32,000 bases of DNA from Cupriavidus necator (lineage in GTDB: Bacteria; Pseudomonadota; Gammaproteobacteria; Burkholderiales; Burkholderiaceae): the NCBI RefSeq assembly GCF_016127575.1, contig NZ_CP066019.1:450001-482000 (forward strand). The letters run 5' to 3'. Positions 14,046 to 21,899 of this stretch are shown here, one piece after another (position 1 is the stretch's first letter; the number at the start of each line of letters is the position of its first letter). Under the pieces are notes generated by a model. That model had not been told where the DNA came from. It worked only from the letters and a program-made list of their open reading frames with translations, and did not search any database. Made by a program: the position numbers and the translations under genes.

Positions 14046-15374
14046 CTATTGCGATGGCGCCTCGGGCCATTTCCCCTTGCGGGGAAGGCGCATATCGAAC
14101 TCGGTGAACACGTGCTCCTCGGAGCGGCAGCTGATGCTTGCCCCCCAGCTGTTCAGCACCTTCTGGCAAAACGCCAGTCCGATGCCGGTGCCGCGATGTG
14201 CCGGGTAAGAGAAGAAGGGCTGGAACATCCGGGCCAGCACTTGCGGCGGCACGCCCGTGGCGGTGTCGCGGAACACCACATGGACGGCGTCGGGCCGGAC
14301 CTCGCAGCGGATATGGATGGTGCCCTTGCCGGCCCGCTTGGTCGCTTCCAGCGCGTTCTTCAGCAAGTTGGTCGTGACCAGCCCGAACAACTGGGCGTTG
14401 CCCATCACGTAGGCGGGGCCAGGCAGGTCGACGGTGACCAGATCCAGGTCGCTGTGCTCGAACGGAAACCGGCCGACAGCGTCGCGGATCACACCGCCCA
14501 GTTCGAACAGCTCCTGCGTGGCGTTGTCCGGGTTCTTGGAGTTGGCGACCAGCAGTTCAATGCTGTTGCTAATATGGGCCAGGTCTGATTCCATCCGGGC
14601 CACGGCCTGCATCAGGCCGTCGCGCTGCGGCGTGTCCTGGTCCAGGGCTGCCGGCAGCCGCGCCTTGAGGCCCCTGGCAGTCATGGCCAGGCTGGTCAGC
14701 GGCGTGCGCAGTTCGTGCGCGACGGTGGCCAGCGCGGCGGCCATCCCGCGCCGCTTCTGTTCGGCCAGCAGCTGGCGGTCCATCTTGATCACCACCAGCA
14801 CCGCGATGACAAAGCCGATCACCGGCAGCTGCAGCAGTACCGGCTCCCACGGGATTCCGCCCATGGAGTTGCCCGCCAGCACGAACAGCGCAATGGCTGC
14901 TGCGGCCCCTGAGAACAAGGCAATGGTCGCGAACGCGGTGTTGAAGTGATACAGGATCACCACCGCGATGATGACCGATTCGGCCCACACCATGGAGCCG
15001 CCATTCTCCAGGTAGAAGAAGATAAAGGCGAACGGCAGGCCTATGGTAATGGCAAAGAGTGCATAGGGCGGCAGCCAGCGCCGGTCCGAGAAGGCGGAGG
15101 CGAACAGCAGCGGCACGAACAGCGCGGTGCAGACCAGGCGCAGCCAGAGGTTTTCATAGGGCTGCGGGAAGATGTAGGACCAGATCACGTAGTACAGCGG
15201 GTGTCCGATCACGCCCAGCGCCCCCACCATCTGGATCCGGCGCAGCCGGATGACGCTCTCCTCGTCCAGCAGCGTAGCCCGCGCGGCGGTCTCGAATACA
15301 GTCTGCCACGCATCGCGGGCGACGCCGGCAAGTGAGGTGCGGCCGTCTTCCGCTTGCGCTACCTTTGCATCCAT
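14046..15374 (-). CDS. cqsS: CqsS/LqsS-type alpha-hydroxyketone autoinducer sensor histidine kinase (no receiver domain)
   Basis: The polytopic N-terminus (…GALGVIGHPLYYVIWSYIFPQPYENLWLRLVCTALF…) aligns by eye with V. cholerae CqsS (…GMLGFPAYYFIWEYWFPQSYENLGLRCAAAVLF…). H-box is HELRTPL, N-box is LLKNALEA, G-box is GTGIGL. The protein ends ~30 aa after the G-box. Start set at ATG 15374, 9 nt after the cqsA stop; the track's start at 15461 overlaps cqsA. Confidence 0.8.
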   Translation of the reverse strand: MDAKVAQAEDGRTSLAGVARDAWQTVFETAARATLLDEESVIRLRRIQMVGALGVIGHPLYYVIWSYIFPQPYENLWLRLVCTALFVPLLFASAFSDRRWLPPYALFAITIGLPFAFIFFYLENGGSMVWAESVIIAVVILYHFNTAFATIALFSGAAAAIALFVLAGNSMGGIPWEPVLLQLPVIGFVIAVLVVIKMDRQLLAEQKRRGMAAALATVAHELRTPLTSLAMTARGLKARLPAALDQDTPQRDGLMQAVARMESDLAHISNSIELLVANSKNPDNATQELFELGGVIRDAVGRFPFEHSDLDLVTVDLPGPAYVMGNAQLFGLVTTNLLKNALEATKRAGKGTIHIRCEVRPDAVHVVFRDTATGVPPQVLARMFQPFFSYPAHRGTGIGLAFCQKVLNSWGASISCRSEEHVFTEFDMRLPRKGKWPEAPSQ

Positions 15375-15382
15375 CTCCAGGA

Positions 15383-16675
15383 CTACTCCTCGCGGGAGCC
15401 TGCCAGCGACCCGCTTGTGGGATTTTGAGACTTGCGCCGGGCCCGGCGCGTCGAGGACCATTCATCCAGCCGGACTTCGTCGCGGATGCTGGCGAGCACG
15501 CCGACCAGGCGGTCGATTTCATTGGCGGCAAGTTTCGCATGCAGCGTAAGTCGCATCAATGCCCGATTCTTCGGTGTTGCCGGCGCACAGAATACCGCGC
15601 CGAAGATCCCGCGGCTCTGCAGCGCATCGCGCAGCACCTTGACTTGCGGCTCGGTTCCCGCCTCCAGGCCGATGATCTGCTCGGAGCCTTCGCTGATGTT
15701 GTAGCCCAGTTCGGCAATCGCAGCCCGGGTGTCGCGAGTGATGGCGTGCAGGCGCGCACGGCGCTCATCCGCCGTGGCGACGAAATCCGTCACGGCATCG
15801 AACCACGCAACCTCATGGCGCAGCAGCCCGGAACTGAAAATGGCCGGCCGGGACTCAACCGCGAAGAAGTCCTTGAAGTCGGTCGAACAGGCAACATAGC
15901 CGGCGCGGCCGGCAAACGCCTTGGCCAGCGAGGCCGTGCGGAAGTGTACGCGCTCGGACAGCCCGAGCGCGCGCACCAGGCCGCCGCCAGACGGCCCATG
16001 GGTGCCGAGCGAGTGCGACTCATCCACCACCAGCACGCAGCCAGACGCCTCCGCCAGGTCGACATAGTCCTCCAGCGGCGCCACGCTGCCGGTGGTGCTG
16101 TAGACCGAGTCCACCATGATCACGCCCGGGCCGAAGCGCTCAAGCTGGCGGCGCACGTGCTCGCAATCGTTGTGGCGCACCGGCACGGCCTGCGCGCCCG
16201 CGGCGATGATGCCCTCCCACAGGGAGGCATGCCCGTTCATGTCGATATAGACCGGAATGCCGGGGCCGGCAATGCACTGCACCAGGCCGACGTTGGCGGC
16301 CCAGCCGGACTGGGCGATCAGCCCGTCCTCGGCCTGCATCAGGTCTGCGATCTTGCGCTCGACGCGCCGCTGCGGGGTGTCGCCGTGCTGGAACACGGAC
16401 GACATCAGCAACTCCGGCTCCTCATTGAGGAAGGCCCGCGCCTGCGCCTGTACCAGAGAGGTCTCGCCGAGCAGGCAGAGATAGTCGTTGCTGCTCAGGT
16501 GCAGTGCATCGGGCCCGGGCGTGCGTCCGTGAAGCAGATGATCGCCGCCCCAGAGCTTGCCCATCCGCTCGTCGAAATGTTGTGCCATCCGCGCCGTGAT
16601 CCATGGCGGCAGCGTGGGGGCTTTGGCGCGAGAGGCGTGGCGCATCGAGTGCGGAGGCTCGGCTTCGGAGAACAT
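15383..16675 (-). CDS. cqsA: CqsA/LqsA-type autoinducer synthase (PLP-dependent alpha-oxoamine synthase family)
   Basis: Blocks SQSGWAANVGLVQ, VDSVYSTTGSVAPL, VDESHSLGTHGPSGGGL, HFRTASLAKAFAGRAG, PAIFSSGLL, EQIIGLEAG and FGAVFCAPATPKNRALMRLTL match V. cholerae CqsA almost block for block (from memory). Start reassigned to ATG 16675 (SD GAAGGAAAG); the upstream part of the track ORF looks non-coding. Confidence 0.9.
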   Translation of the reverse strand: MFSEAEPPHSMRHASRAKAPTLPPWITARMAQHFDERMGKLWGGDHLLHGRTPGPDALHLSSNDYLCLLGETSLVQAQARAFLNEEPELLMSSVFQHGDTPQRRVERKIADLMQAEDGLIAQSGWAANVGLVQCIAGPGIPVYIDMNGHASLWEGIIAAGAQAVPVRHNDCEHVRRQLERFGPGVIMVDSVYSTTGSVAPLEDYVDLAEASGCVLVVDESHSLGTHGPSGGGLVRALGLSERVHFRTASLAKAFAGRAGYVACSTDFKDFFAVESRPAIFSSGLLRHEVAWFDAVTDFVATADERRARLHAITRDTRAAIAELGYNISEGSEQIIGLEAGTEPQVKVLRDALQSRGIFGAVFCAPATPKNRALMRLTLHAKLAANEIDRLVGVLASIRDEVRLDEWSSTRRARRKSQNPTSGSLAGSREE

Positions 16676-16983
16676 CGGCTTTCCTTCTACAGGTCGGGTA
16701 ATCAGTGAGATCGGTGGCAAGGCTCTGCATGGCGGTTGCGGCAAAAAGCTGCCGTCCGCGCGCGACGCGGCCGCACCCAGTCCTTCCGGCGAGGTGCCAT
16801 TGCTGACAAGTCGGGGGAGTCCTGTTGACGTAGCGACCACTGTGCCAGCCTTACTCAGCGATTGTGACCGGACTTCCACCAATCCAACGTCCGTTTGGAG
16901 TGGGGGGTGCCGGGTTGAGACAGCCGCGTCGTGGCCGCACCTTCGCCGGCCGATAGGCCGATTTCTCACTGTAAAATGCCTTT

Positions 16984-17003
16984 AGCATCACTTATGTGAT
17001 GCT
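16984..17003. promoter_or_regulatory. palindrome in the long cqsA upstream region
   Basis: agcatcac-ttat-gtgatgct is a perfect 8-bp inverted repeat with a 4-nt spacer, ~310 nt upstream of the cqsA ATG. A second hairpin (ccggtccg / cggaccgg) follows within ~20 nt. Confidence 0.3.
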
Positions 17004-17379
17004 TGCGCTACCTGCTGCGCCGGTCCGTGAAGCCCGGACCGGGCGGGCTCGCGCTTGGCGGGACCTTGTCAGGCCCGGGACTGCCGAATGCTCATCATCA
17101 GTTTTGGTGAAGAATGCCCTTTTTGCACGCCCTGTTTACAGGCAGGCGCCTGCGGCAGCGCGCCATAGCCAGGAAGCGGGGCAACATGGGACTTGGCACC
17201 GAGGGCGGGAGACAAGGGGACTGCCAGGTACGCAGGTTGCCGCCAGCGTGACCTGGCTGGCGGCGTGTGGGGGAGGGGGGCTTCGGAGAGAGGGCGCTGC
17301 CCATGGCGCTTCCAGGCTGGTGCCTTTGGCGCAGGGGTACAGGGCAGCAGCGTGCTGCGACGCTTGTGTCGGGGGCGCC

Positions 17380-18675
17380 TTACGCCTGGCCTGCCTCGTC
17401 GATCAGCGCGGAAACGTCGACGATATACATCTGCCGCTCGGAGTCGTGGATCGAATCGATGCACACGTGCCGCCCGTCGCGGCTCCAGCGTGGATGCAGG
17501 TCGCAGCGGTTTTCCTTCTTCAGGACCGGGCTGGTGTAGTAACTGCCCAGGTCATGGCGCACGCCCTGCGCCATGTCGAAGAGAAACAGCACGCGCTCGT
17601 TGGTGTGCGCGTCGGGATAGGTGTCGCTGAGCAGCCAGCGCTTGTTGGTGGGCGAGAAGGTCATGTGACCGTTCTCGGTCAGGATGCCGTCGCCGATGAC
17701 TTCAACCTTGCCGCCGGGGCTGTCGTGGTAGAGGTGGTAGTGGATGCTGCCCGCGTGCGGTCCCCACACGATGATATTGCTATCGTCTTGCCAGAGCGGA
17801 TGGGAGATCTGGTACTCGGACTTCTCATAGTCGAAGGTGCCGACCGCGTTCGGATCGAAATCTTCGGCAAGCTGCGGCAGCGGATGGTCGGAGCATTCGA
17901 GCAAGCGCATGTCGCTGCCGTCCGGATTGACCGTGATCAGCCGGTGCAGGAAGCAGGTTTCGTCCTCGACCCGTTCGGTCCAGCGGTGCAGCAGCAGCAC
18001 GCGCGATGAGGACGGGTTAATTTCGATGTGGCTGACCCAGTGGATGGCCTTGTCCATCGAGGCGCGCGGATTGAAGTTGCGCAGGTCAGCGTAGCTCACG
18101 ACCAGGCGCGTCTGGCCGGTGCGCAGGTCCATGTAGTGGATGCCGTCGTCGGCGGGCGCATTGTCCAGCGCGGGCTGGGTGCCGTGGTCGCTGTAGCCGA
18201 TGGTCTGGTGCGTGACGTAGAGGCGGCGGTAGTCCACGCACAGTGCATAGCGGCTGTCCGGCGCGACCACATAGACCGGCATCGGCAACTGGCGCGCTTC
18301 ACCGGTATCGAGGTTGAAGATGGTGGCGCCCAGGTTGGGATAGAAGGCCTTCACGTCCTGGGTGCGGCAGTTGTAGACAAGCTGGCGCTGTGCTTCCCCA
18401 TCCAGCCATTGCAGCTGCGAGCCCATCTGCCAGTTCCAGGCGGTAGTTACCCCCACGCGATGGAAGCGGTCGTTGTCCTGCAGGTCGAAGTAGCCGATCT
18501 CGGCAACCAGGTCGGGGGTCAGGTCGGCATCGGCCATCGGCACGCGCTGCGCCAGCAGGTAGCGGCCGCTGCGGTCCCAGTTGGTCTTGTTGTAGTAGCC
18601 GAAGAAGTGATGAGGCTCGCCCGCGCCGACGCGGCGGCAGGGCAGCGGCTTGGCAATGATGCGTTCCGTTGACAT
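17380..18675 (-). CDS. beta-propeller-like protein of unknown function (TolB/PD40 or oligogalacturonate-lyase-like fold suspected)
   Basis: 431 aa from ATG 18675 (MSTERIIAKPLP…HHFFGYYNKTNWDRSGRYLL…). It has repeated hydrophobic-strand/Asp-Gly patterns (…NPDGSDMRLL…, …WSRDGRHVCIDS…) and no signal peptide. The track ORF 17380-19863 runs on, in a shadow frame, across the upstream Bug gene. Confidence 0.7.
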   Translation of the reverse strand: MSTERIIAKPLPCRRVGAGEPHHFFGYYNKTNWDRSGRYLLAQRVPMADADLTPDLVAEIGYFDLQDNDRFHRVGVTTAWNWQMGSQLQWLDGEAQRQLVYNCRTQDVKAFYPNLGATIFNLDTGEARQLPMPVYVVAPDSRYALCVDYRRLYVTHQTIGYSDHGTQPALDNAPADDGIHYMDLRTGQTRLVVSYADLRNFNPRASMDKAIHWVSHIEINPSSSRVLLLHRWTERVEDETCFLHRLITVNPDGSDMRLLECSDHPLPQLAEDFDPNAVGTFDYEKSEYQISHPLWQDDSNIIVWGPHAGSIHYHLYHDSPGGKVEVIGDGILTENGHMTFSPTNKRWLLSDTYPDAHTNERVLFLFDMAQGVRHDLGSYYTSPVLKKENRCDLHPRWSRDGRHVCIDSIHDSERQMYIVDVSALIDEAGQA

Positions 18676-18719
18676 GAAGCGTGTGTGTCCGTGTTGAAGC
18701 TGAAGTCTGGAAGGGGCAA

Positions 18720-18741
18720 TGGCTGGCCGCGCGGCCAGCCA
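18720..18741. other. perfect 22-bp GC-rich palindrome between the Bug receptor gene and the beta-propeller gene
   Basis: tggctggccgc|gcggccagcca is exactly self-complementary and sits inside the 101-nt intergenic spacer. It could be an intra-operon hairpin, an attenuator, or a REP-like element. Confidence 0.5.
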
Positions 18742-18776
18742 TGAAGGGGGCGTGTCCGTGCGCGGATGGAAGCCGC

Positions 18777-19766
18777 TTATTCGGCGCTGATCCTGCCCTT
18801 CAGGATCACCTGGTCCCAGCGCACTTTCTCCGCGGCGACGAACTTCTGCGCGGCATCGCGCGTATTGGCCACCGGGGTCATGCCCTGCTCTTGCAGTCCC
18901 TGCCGGAACTCCGGCGTGGCCACGATCTGGCGGATATCGGCGTTGAGCTTGTCCGCGATCGCATCGGGCACCCTGGCGCCAACCGCAACCGTGGTCCAGG
19001 AAGTCGCCACGAACGACGGGTAGCCGGCTTCGCTGGCAGTGGGCACATCGGGCAGCGCGGCCGAGCGGGTCTTGCCGGTCACCGCCAGCGCCTTGAGCTT
19101 GCCGGAGCGGATATAGGCCAGCGTGGTGGGCGGATTCTCGAACATCATGTCGATCTGGCCACCGAGAAGATCCGTCATGGCCGCTGAGCTGCCCTTGTAC
19201 GGCACATGCGTGATCGGCGCATTGGCATTGAGCCGGAACAGCTCGCCCATCATGTGCACCGAGGAACCGACGCCGGCCGAGCCGAAGGTCCGCGTGTCTG
19301 GCTGCTGGCGCGCCAGGCTGGCCAGTTGCTGCAGGTTGTTCACCGCCAGCTTCGGGTTGACCACCACCACGTGCGGCATCTCGGCCAGCACCGTCACGAC
19401 CTTGAGGTCGGTGGCGGGGTTGTAGTTCAGCTTCTTGAAGGTGGCATAGGTGGCGTGCAGGCCCAGCGAGCCCAGCAGCAGCGTGTAGCCGTCGGGCGCC
19501 GCATCGACCACGGCCTTGCCCCCGATATGGCCGCCGGCGCCGGGCCGGTTCTCGACCACCACCGATTGCTTGTAGAGCTTGCCCAGCCGGTCGGCCAGCA
19601 TGCGTGCCTGCAGGTCCGAGCTGCCCCCGGCGCTGAACGGCACGATGATCCGGATCGTGTGGTCCGGATAGCCCGGCTGGGCGAGCGCGCTGCCCGTGCC
19701 GGCGATGGCCAGCACGGCCGCAACGATCGCGCGTTTCCAAACATTCCGGGGTGAATGCCGCTTCAT
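18777..19766 (-). CDS. Bug-family (TctC-like) periplasmic tripartite tricarboxylate transporter substrate-binding protein
   Basis: Signal peptide MKRHSPRNVWKRAIVAAVLAIAGTGSALA, followed by the family blocks IRIIVPFSAGGSSD, VVENRPGAGG and VPYKGSSAAMTDLLGGQIDMMF. ATG at 19766 is preceded by AAGGAGA. Confidence 0.9.
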   Translation of the reverse strand: MKRHSPRNVWKRAIVAAVLAIAGTGSALAQPGYPDHTIRIIVPFSAGGSSDLQARMLADRLGKLYKQSVVVENRPGAGGHIGGKAVVDAAPDGYTLLLGSLGLHATYATFKKLNYNPATDLKVVTVLAEMPHVVVVNPKLAVNNLQQLASLARQQPDTRTFGSAGVGSSVHMMGELFRLNANAPITHVPYKGSSAAMTDLLGGQIDMMFENPPTTLAYIRSGKLKALAVTGKTRSAALPDVPTASEAGYPSFVATSWTTVAVGARVPDAIADKLNADIRQIVATPEFRQGLQEQGMTPVANTRDAAQKFVAAEKVRWDQVILKGRISAE

Positions 19767-19920
19767 CAACTTTCTCCTTGGGTTCTGGTCCTGCCGTCTT
19801 GGAAGCGGCAATGCGAAGCGAGTGTAGAGGAGGGGTTGGCATTCTGAATAATTCTTTGTTCAATGCACCCTATGCAGATTTGATATACATTGCCCGACGC
19901 GCCCGTCCCTTGCCGATGCC

Positions 19921-20850
19921 ATGTCCCGTCCCCTGAATTTCCGCCAGATCGAGGCGTTCCGCGCGGTCATGCTGACCGGAACTACGACCGCGGCCGCTGC
20001 CATGCTGCATACGACCCAGCCGTCGGTGAGCCGATTGCTGGCCCAGATGCAGGCGGCGACTGAACTGAAGCTGTTCGATATCCAGAAGGGCCGGCTGCGG
20101 CCGACGCAGGAAGCGCGGCGCCTGTTCGACACGGTGCAGAACCACTTCCAGGGGCTGGCGCGGATCGAACAGGACGTGGCGGTGCTGCGCAAGTCCGGCA
20201 CCGGCGTGCTGCGTATCGGTTGCACGCCTTCACTCGGGCTGGGGGTGATGCCCAAGGTGATCCGGCCGTTCACCGAGCGCCACCCGGACGTGCATATCAG
20301 CCTGCAAACGGTCGGCGGGCACCAGTTGCGCGAAGGGTTGCTGCATGGCCTCTACGACCTGGTGCTGACCACCAGCGAGATCGATCATCCGCACCTGGAT
20401 GTCAACGTGGTGCATGAGTCGGGGGCGGTGTGCGTCATGCACCCGGAACACGCGCTGGCGGCGCGCGACACCCTTCGCGTGCGCGACTTGCGCGGGCAGT
20501 TCCTGATCCTGCTGAACGCAGACGATGCGCTGCACCTGGCGGTGCAGCGGCTCATGCAAAAAGCCGGCGTCGAGCCGTCGGCGACCATCGAGACCACTTA
20601 CTCAGGCACGATCTGCACGATGGCGGCCGAAGGGGCGGGCATAGGGATCGTCAATCCCTATGTCGCGGCTGTATTCGGACACGGCTTGCGGGTGGTGCCG
20701 CTCGCACCGCGCTGCCCGGTGGAGGTGCGCATGGCGTTCTCCGGGCATTCCGCGCCATCGGAGATCGCGGAGGAATTCGCGGCGCTGCTGGCGGCGCATT
20801 TTCGCGTGCGCTCGCCGCTGGCGGAGAAGGCGGGGCGGGGGCGGGGCTGA
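19921..20850 (+). CDS. LysR-family transcriptional regulator
   Basis: N-terminal HTH (FRQIEAFRAVMLTGTTTAAAAMLHTTQPSVSRLLAQ) plus a LysR substrate-binding domain. It is divergent from the Bug / beta-propeller operon. Confidence 0.9.
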   Translation: MSRPLNFRQIEAFRAVMLTGTTTAAAAMLHTTQPSVSRLLAQMQAATELKLFDIQKGRLRPTQEARRLFDTVQNHFQGLARIEQDVAVLRKSGTGVLRIGCTPSLGLGVMPKVIRPFTERHPDVHISLQTVGGHQLREGLLHGLYDLVLTTSEIDHPHLDVNVVHESGAVCVMHPEHALAARDTLRVRDLRGQFLILLNADDALHLAVQRLMQKAGVEPSATIETTYSGTICTMAAEGAGIGIVNPYVAAVFGHGLRVVPLAPRCPVEVRMAFSGHSAPSEIAEEFAALLAAHFRVRSPLAEKAGRGRG

Positions 20851-20868
20851 AGGCCCCGGGGCAGTCGC

Positions 20869-21837
20869 TCAGTCCAGCGACACGCCGAGCTTGCGGATCA
20901 GTTCGCCCCAGCGCGTACGCCCCGCGGCCAGCCATTGCGCTGCCGCCGCGCCGTTGCTCGTCTGCGGCCGCACGCCCTGTGCCAGCAGCTTCTTCTGGAA
21001 ATCCGCGTCCGCGAAGACGGTCTTGAGCTGCTGCTCCCAGCGCGCACGGATGGCCGCGGGCGTGCCTGAGGGCAGGAACATGACGAAGGCGAACTCGGCA
21101 TCGAAGTTGGCGATGCCGGTCTCTGCCACCGTCGGCACGTCCGGGAGCAAGGGGTCGCGCTTGAGGCCGGACACCGCAAGCGCGACCAGCTTGCCGCCCT
21201 TGATGTATTGCACGGCGGTCGGCGTGGCCAGGAATCCTGCCGGTACCTGACCCGCGAGCACGTCGCTCAGCGCTGGCGCATTGCCCTTGTAGGGGACATG
21301 GGTGCCCCGGATCTGCGTGCGTGCCTTCAGCATCTCGAACACAATATGGCCCGGCGATGCTACGCCAGCCGATGCATAGGACAGGTCTTTGTCCTTGCCG
21401 GCAGCCAGGAACTGCTTCAGGTCGCGGATTTTCAGGCCGGGATGCGTGACCAGCACCTGATTGAAGGTGCCGGCCAGGCCAACCGGCTCCAGGTCGCGGA
21501 CCGGGTCGAACGACATCTTGCGATAGGCGAACGGATTGACGGTGACAACGGTGTCAGTCGACATCAGCAACGTGTAGCCGTCCGGCGTCGCATGCGCGAC
21601 GGCTTCGGCACCGATGTTGCCGCCGGCGCCGGAGCGGTTCTCCACCACGACCGGCTGCTTCAGGTCGCGCCCGGCACGCTCGGCAATGAGCCGTGCCACG
21701 GTGTCGAGCGGGCCACCTGCAGGAAAGTTGACGATCAGGCGGACCGGCTTGGCCGGGTAGGCATCCTGCGCGCAGGCGGGGACCGCGGCCGCCAGCATGG
21801 CTGCGGCGATCAGTATTCTGAAGGGACGGGGTGTCAT
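20869..21837 (-). CDS. Bug-family (TctC-like) periplasmic substrate-binding protein
   Basis: MTPRPFRILIAAAMLAAAVPACAQDAYPAKPVRLIVNFPAGGPLD…VVENRSGAGG…VPYKGNAPALSDVLAGQV. Start set to ATG 21837 (GGAG + 7 nt); ATG 21864 is an alternative. Confidence 0.9.
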   Translation of the reverse strand: MTPRPFRILIAAAMLAAAVPACAQDAYPAKPVRLIVNFPAGGPLDTVARLIAERAGRDLKQPVVVENRSGAGGNIGAEAVAHATPDGYTLLMSTDTVVTVNPFAYRKMSFDPVRDLEPVGLAGTFNQVLVTHPGLKIRDLKQFLAAGKDKDLSYASAGVASPGHIVFEMLKARTQIRGTHVPYKGNAPALSDVLAGQVPAGFLATPTAVQYIKGGKLVALAVSGLKRDPLLPDVPTVAETGIANFDAEFAFVMFLPSGTPAAIRARWEQQLKTVFADADFQKKLLAQGVRPQTSNGAAAAQWLAAGRTRWGELIRKLGVSLD

Positions 21838-21899
21838 GGTTGTCTCCGTGGATATTGTTGTCATGGGGTGCTGCCGCTGGTGGCGCGGGCGGACCCGAT

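Noticed and set aside
15332-16708. 458-aa plus-strand ORF
   Set aside because: It is antisense to cqsA, whose homology to CqsA is unambiguous. The translation is low-complexity.
17380-19863. 827-aa minus-strand ORF spanning two genes
   Set aside because: Only the C-terminal 431 aa (from ATG 18675) look like a protein. The N-terminal ~400 aa are an Arg/Gly/Pro/Ala-rich shadow frame. That stretch runs over the well-supported Bug receptor gene (18777-19766, different frame).
20853-20862. Palindrome gccccggggc in the 18-nt convergent spacer between LysR (20850) and the Bug gene (20869)
   Set aside because: It is too short (5-bp arms with no loop) to call a terminator.
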